Source: a virus (Duplodnaviria; Caudoviricetes). From it: DNA of 35,271 nucleotides. The stretch is from positions 1 through 35,271 of the IMG/VR virus record IMGVR_UViG_3300033067_001778; one strand, written 5' to 3'. The notes below the pieces were generated by a model that saw only the letters and a list, made by a program, of their open reading frames with translations, made no database searches and had not been told where the DNA came from. This document shows, piece by piece, positions 35,186 through 35,271 of this stretch; position 1 is the first letter of the stretch, and the number at the start of each line of letters is the position of its first letter. The position numbers and the translations under genes are program-made.

Positions 35186-35271
35186 AGGAGTTTCTCCCCA
35201 AGTTTCTTTCTGAGGCTGACGTTCGTCAACAGCTCAAGGAATTGGCAGCGGGCGGTACTCCCATCTCCTTA

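Noticed and set aside
1-35271. Stop-codon reassignment, tRNA genes, introns or inteins
   Set aside because: Core genes are uninterrupted and of normal length in the standard code; no cloverleaf or splicing motifs seen by eye

Overview
This window is most of a ~35 kb tailed-phage (Caudoviricetes, podovirus-like) genome or prophage. The right two-thirds (13.2-33.9 kb, + strand) is a complete morphogenesis block: small and large terminase, portal, scaffold, major capsid, decoration-like proteins, a tail fibre with an intramolecular chaperone, tail adaptor/nozzle proteins and four internal (ejection) proteins. There is no tape measure or sheath/tube gene. The left third carries envelope and accessory genes (an HEXXH metalloprotease lipoprotein resembling those of Bdellovibrionota, a collagen-like lipoprotein, a PLA2-like protein), small regulators, an HTH replication initiator with a likely internal origin, an ERF annealing protein, MazG-like, RuvC-like and HNH genes, and many Cys-rich small ORFs. 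The right end has an Acb2/Tad1-like candidate anti-defence gene and a truncated Thg1-like gene. The most notable unexplained features are: (1) a stand-alone operon of two ~100-aa paralogs that may be distant Reb (R-body)-like polymer proteins; (2) a TGTATATACA palindrome repeated at several promoters, one in front of an RHH-like gene; (3) a tandem array of three Cys-rich paralogs with identical 15-bp junction repeats and an A8 frameshift; (4) complementary loop sequences on either side of the capsid gene; (5) a family of GTTCC...GG(A/G)AC stem-loops on the minus strand. No integrase, endolysin, DNA polymerase, tRNA or CRISPR array was recognised. All family calls come from motif recognition by eye; no database search was run.
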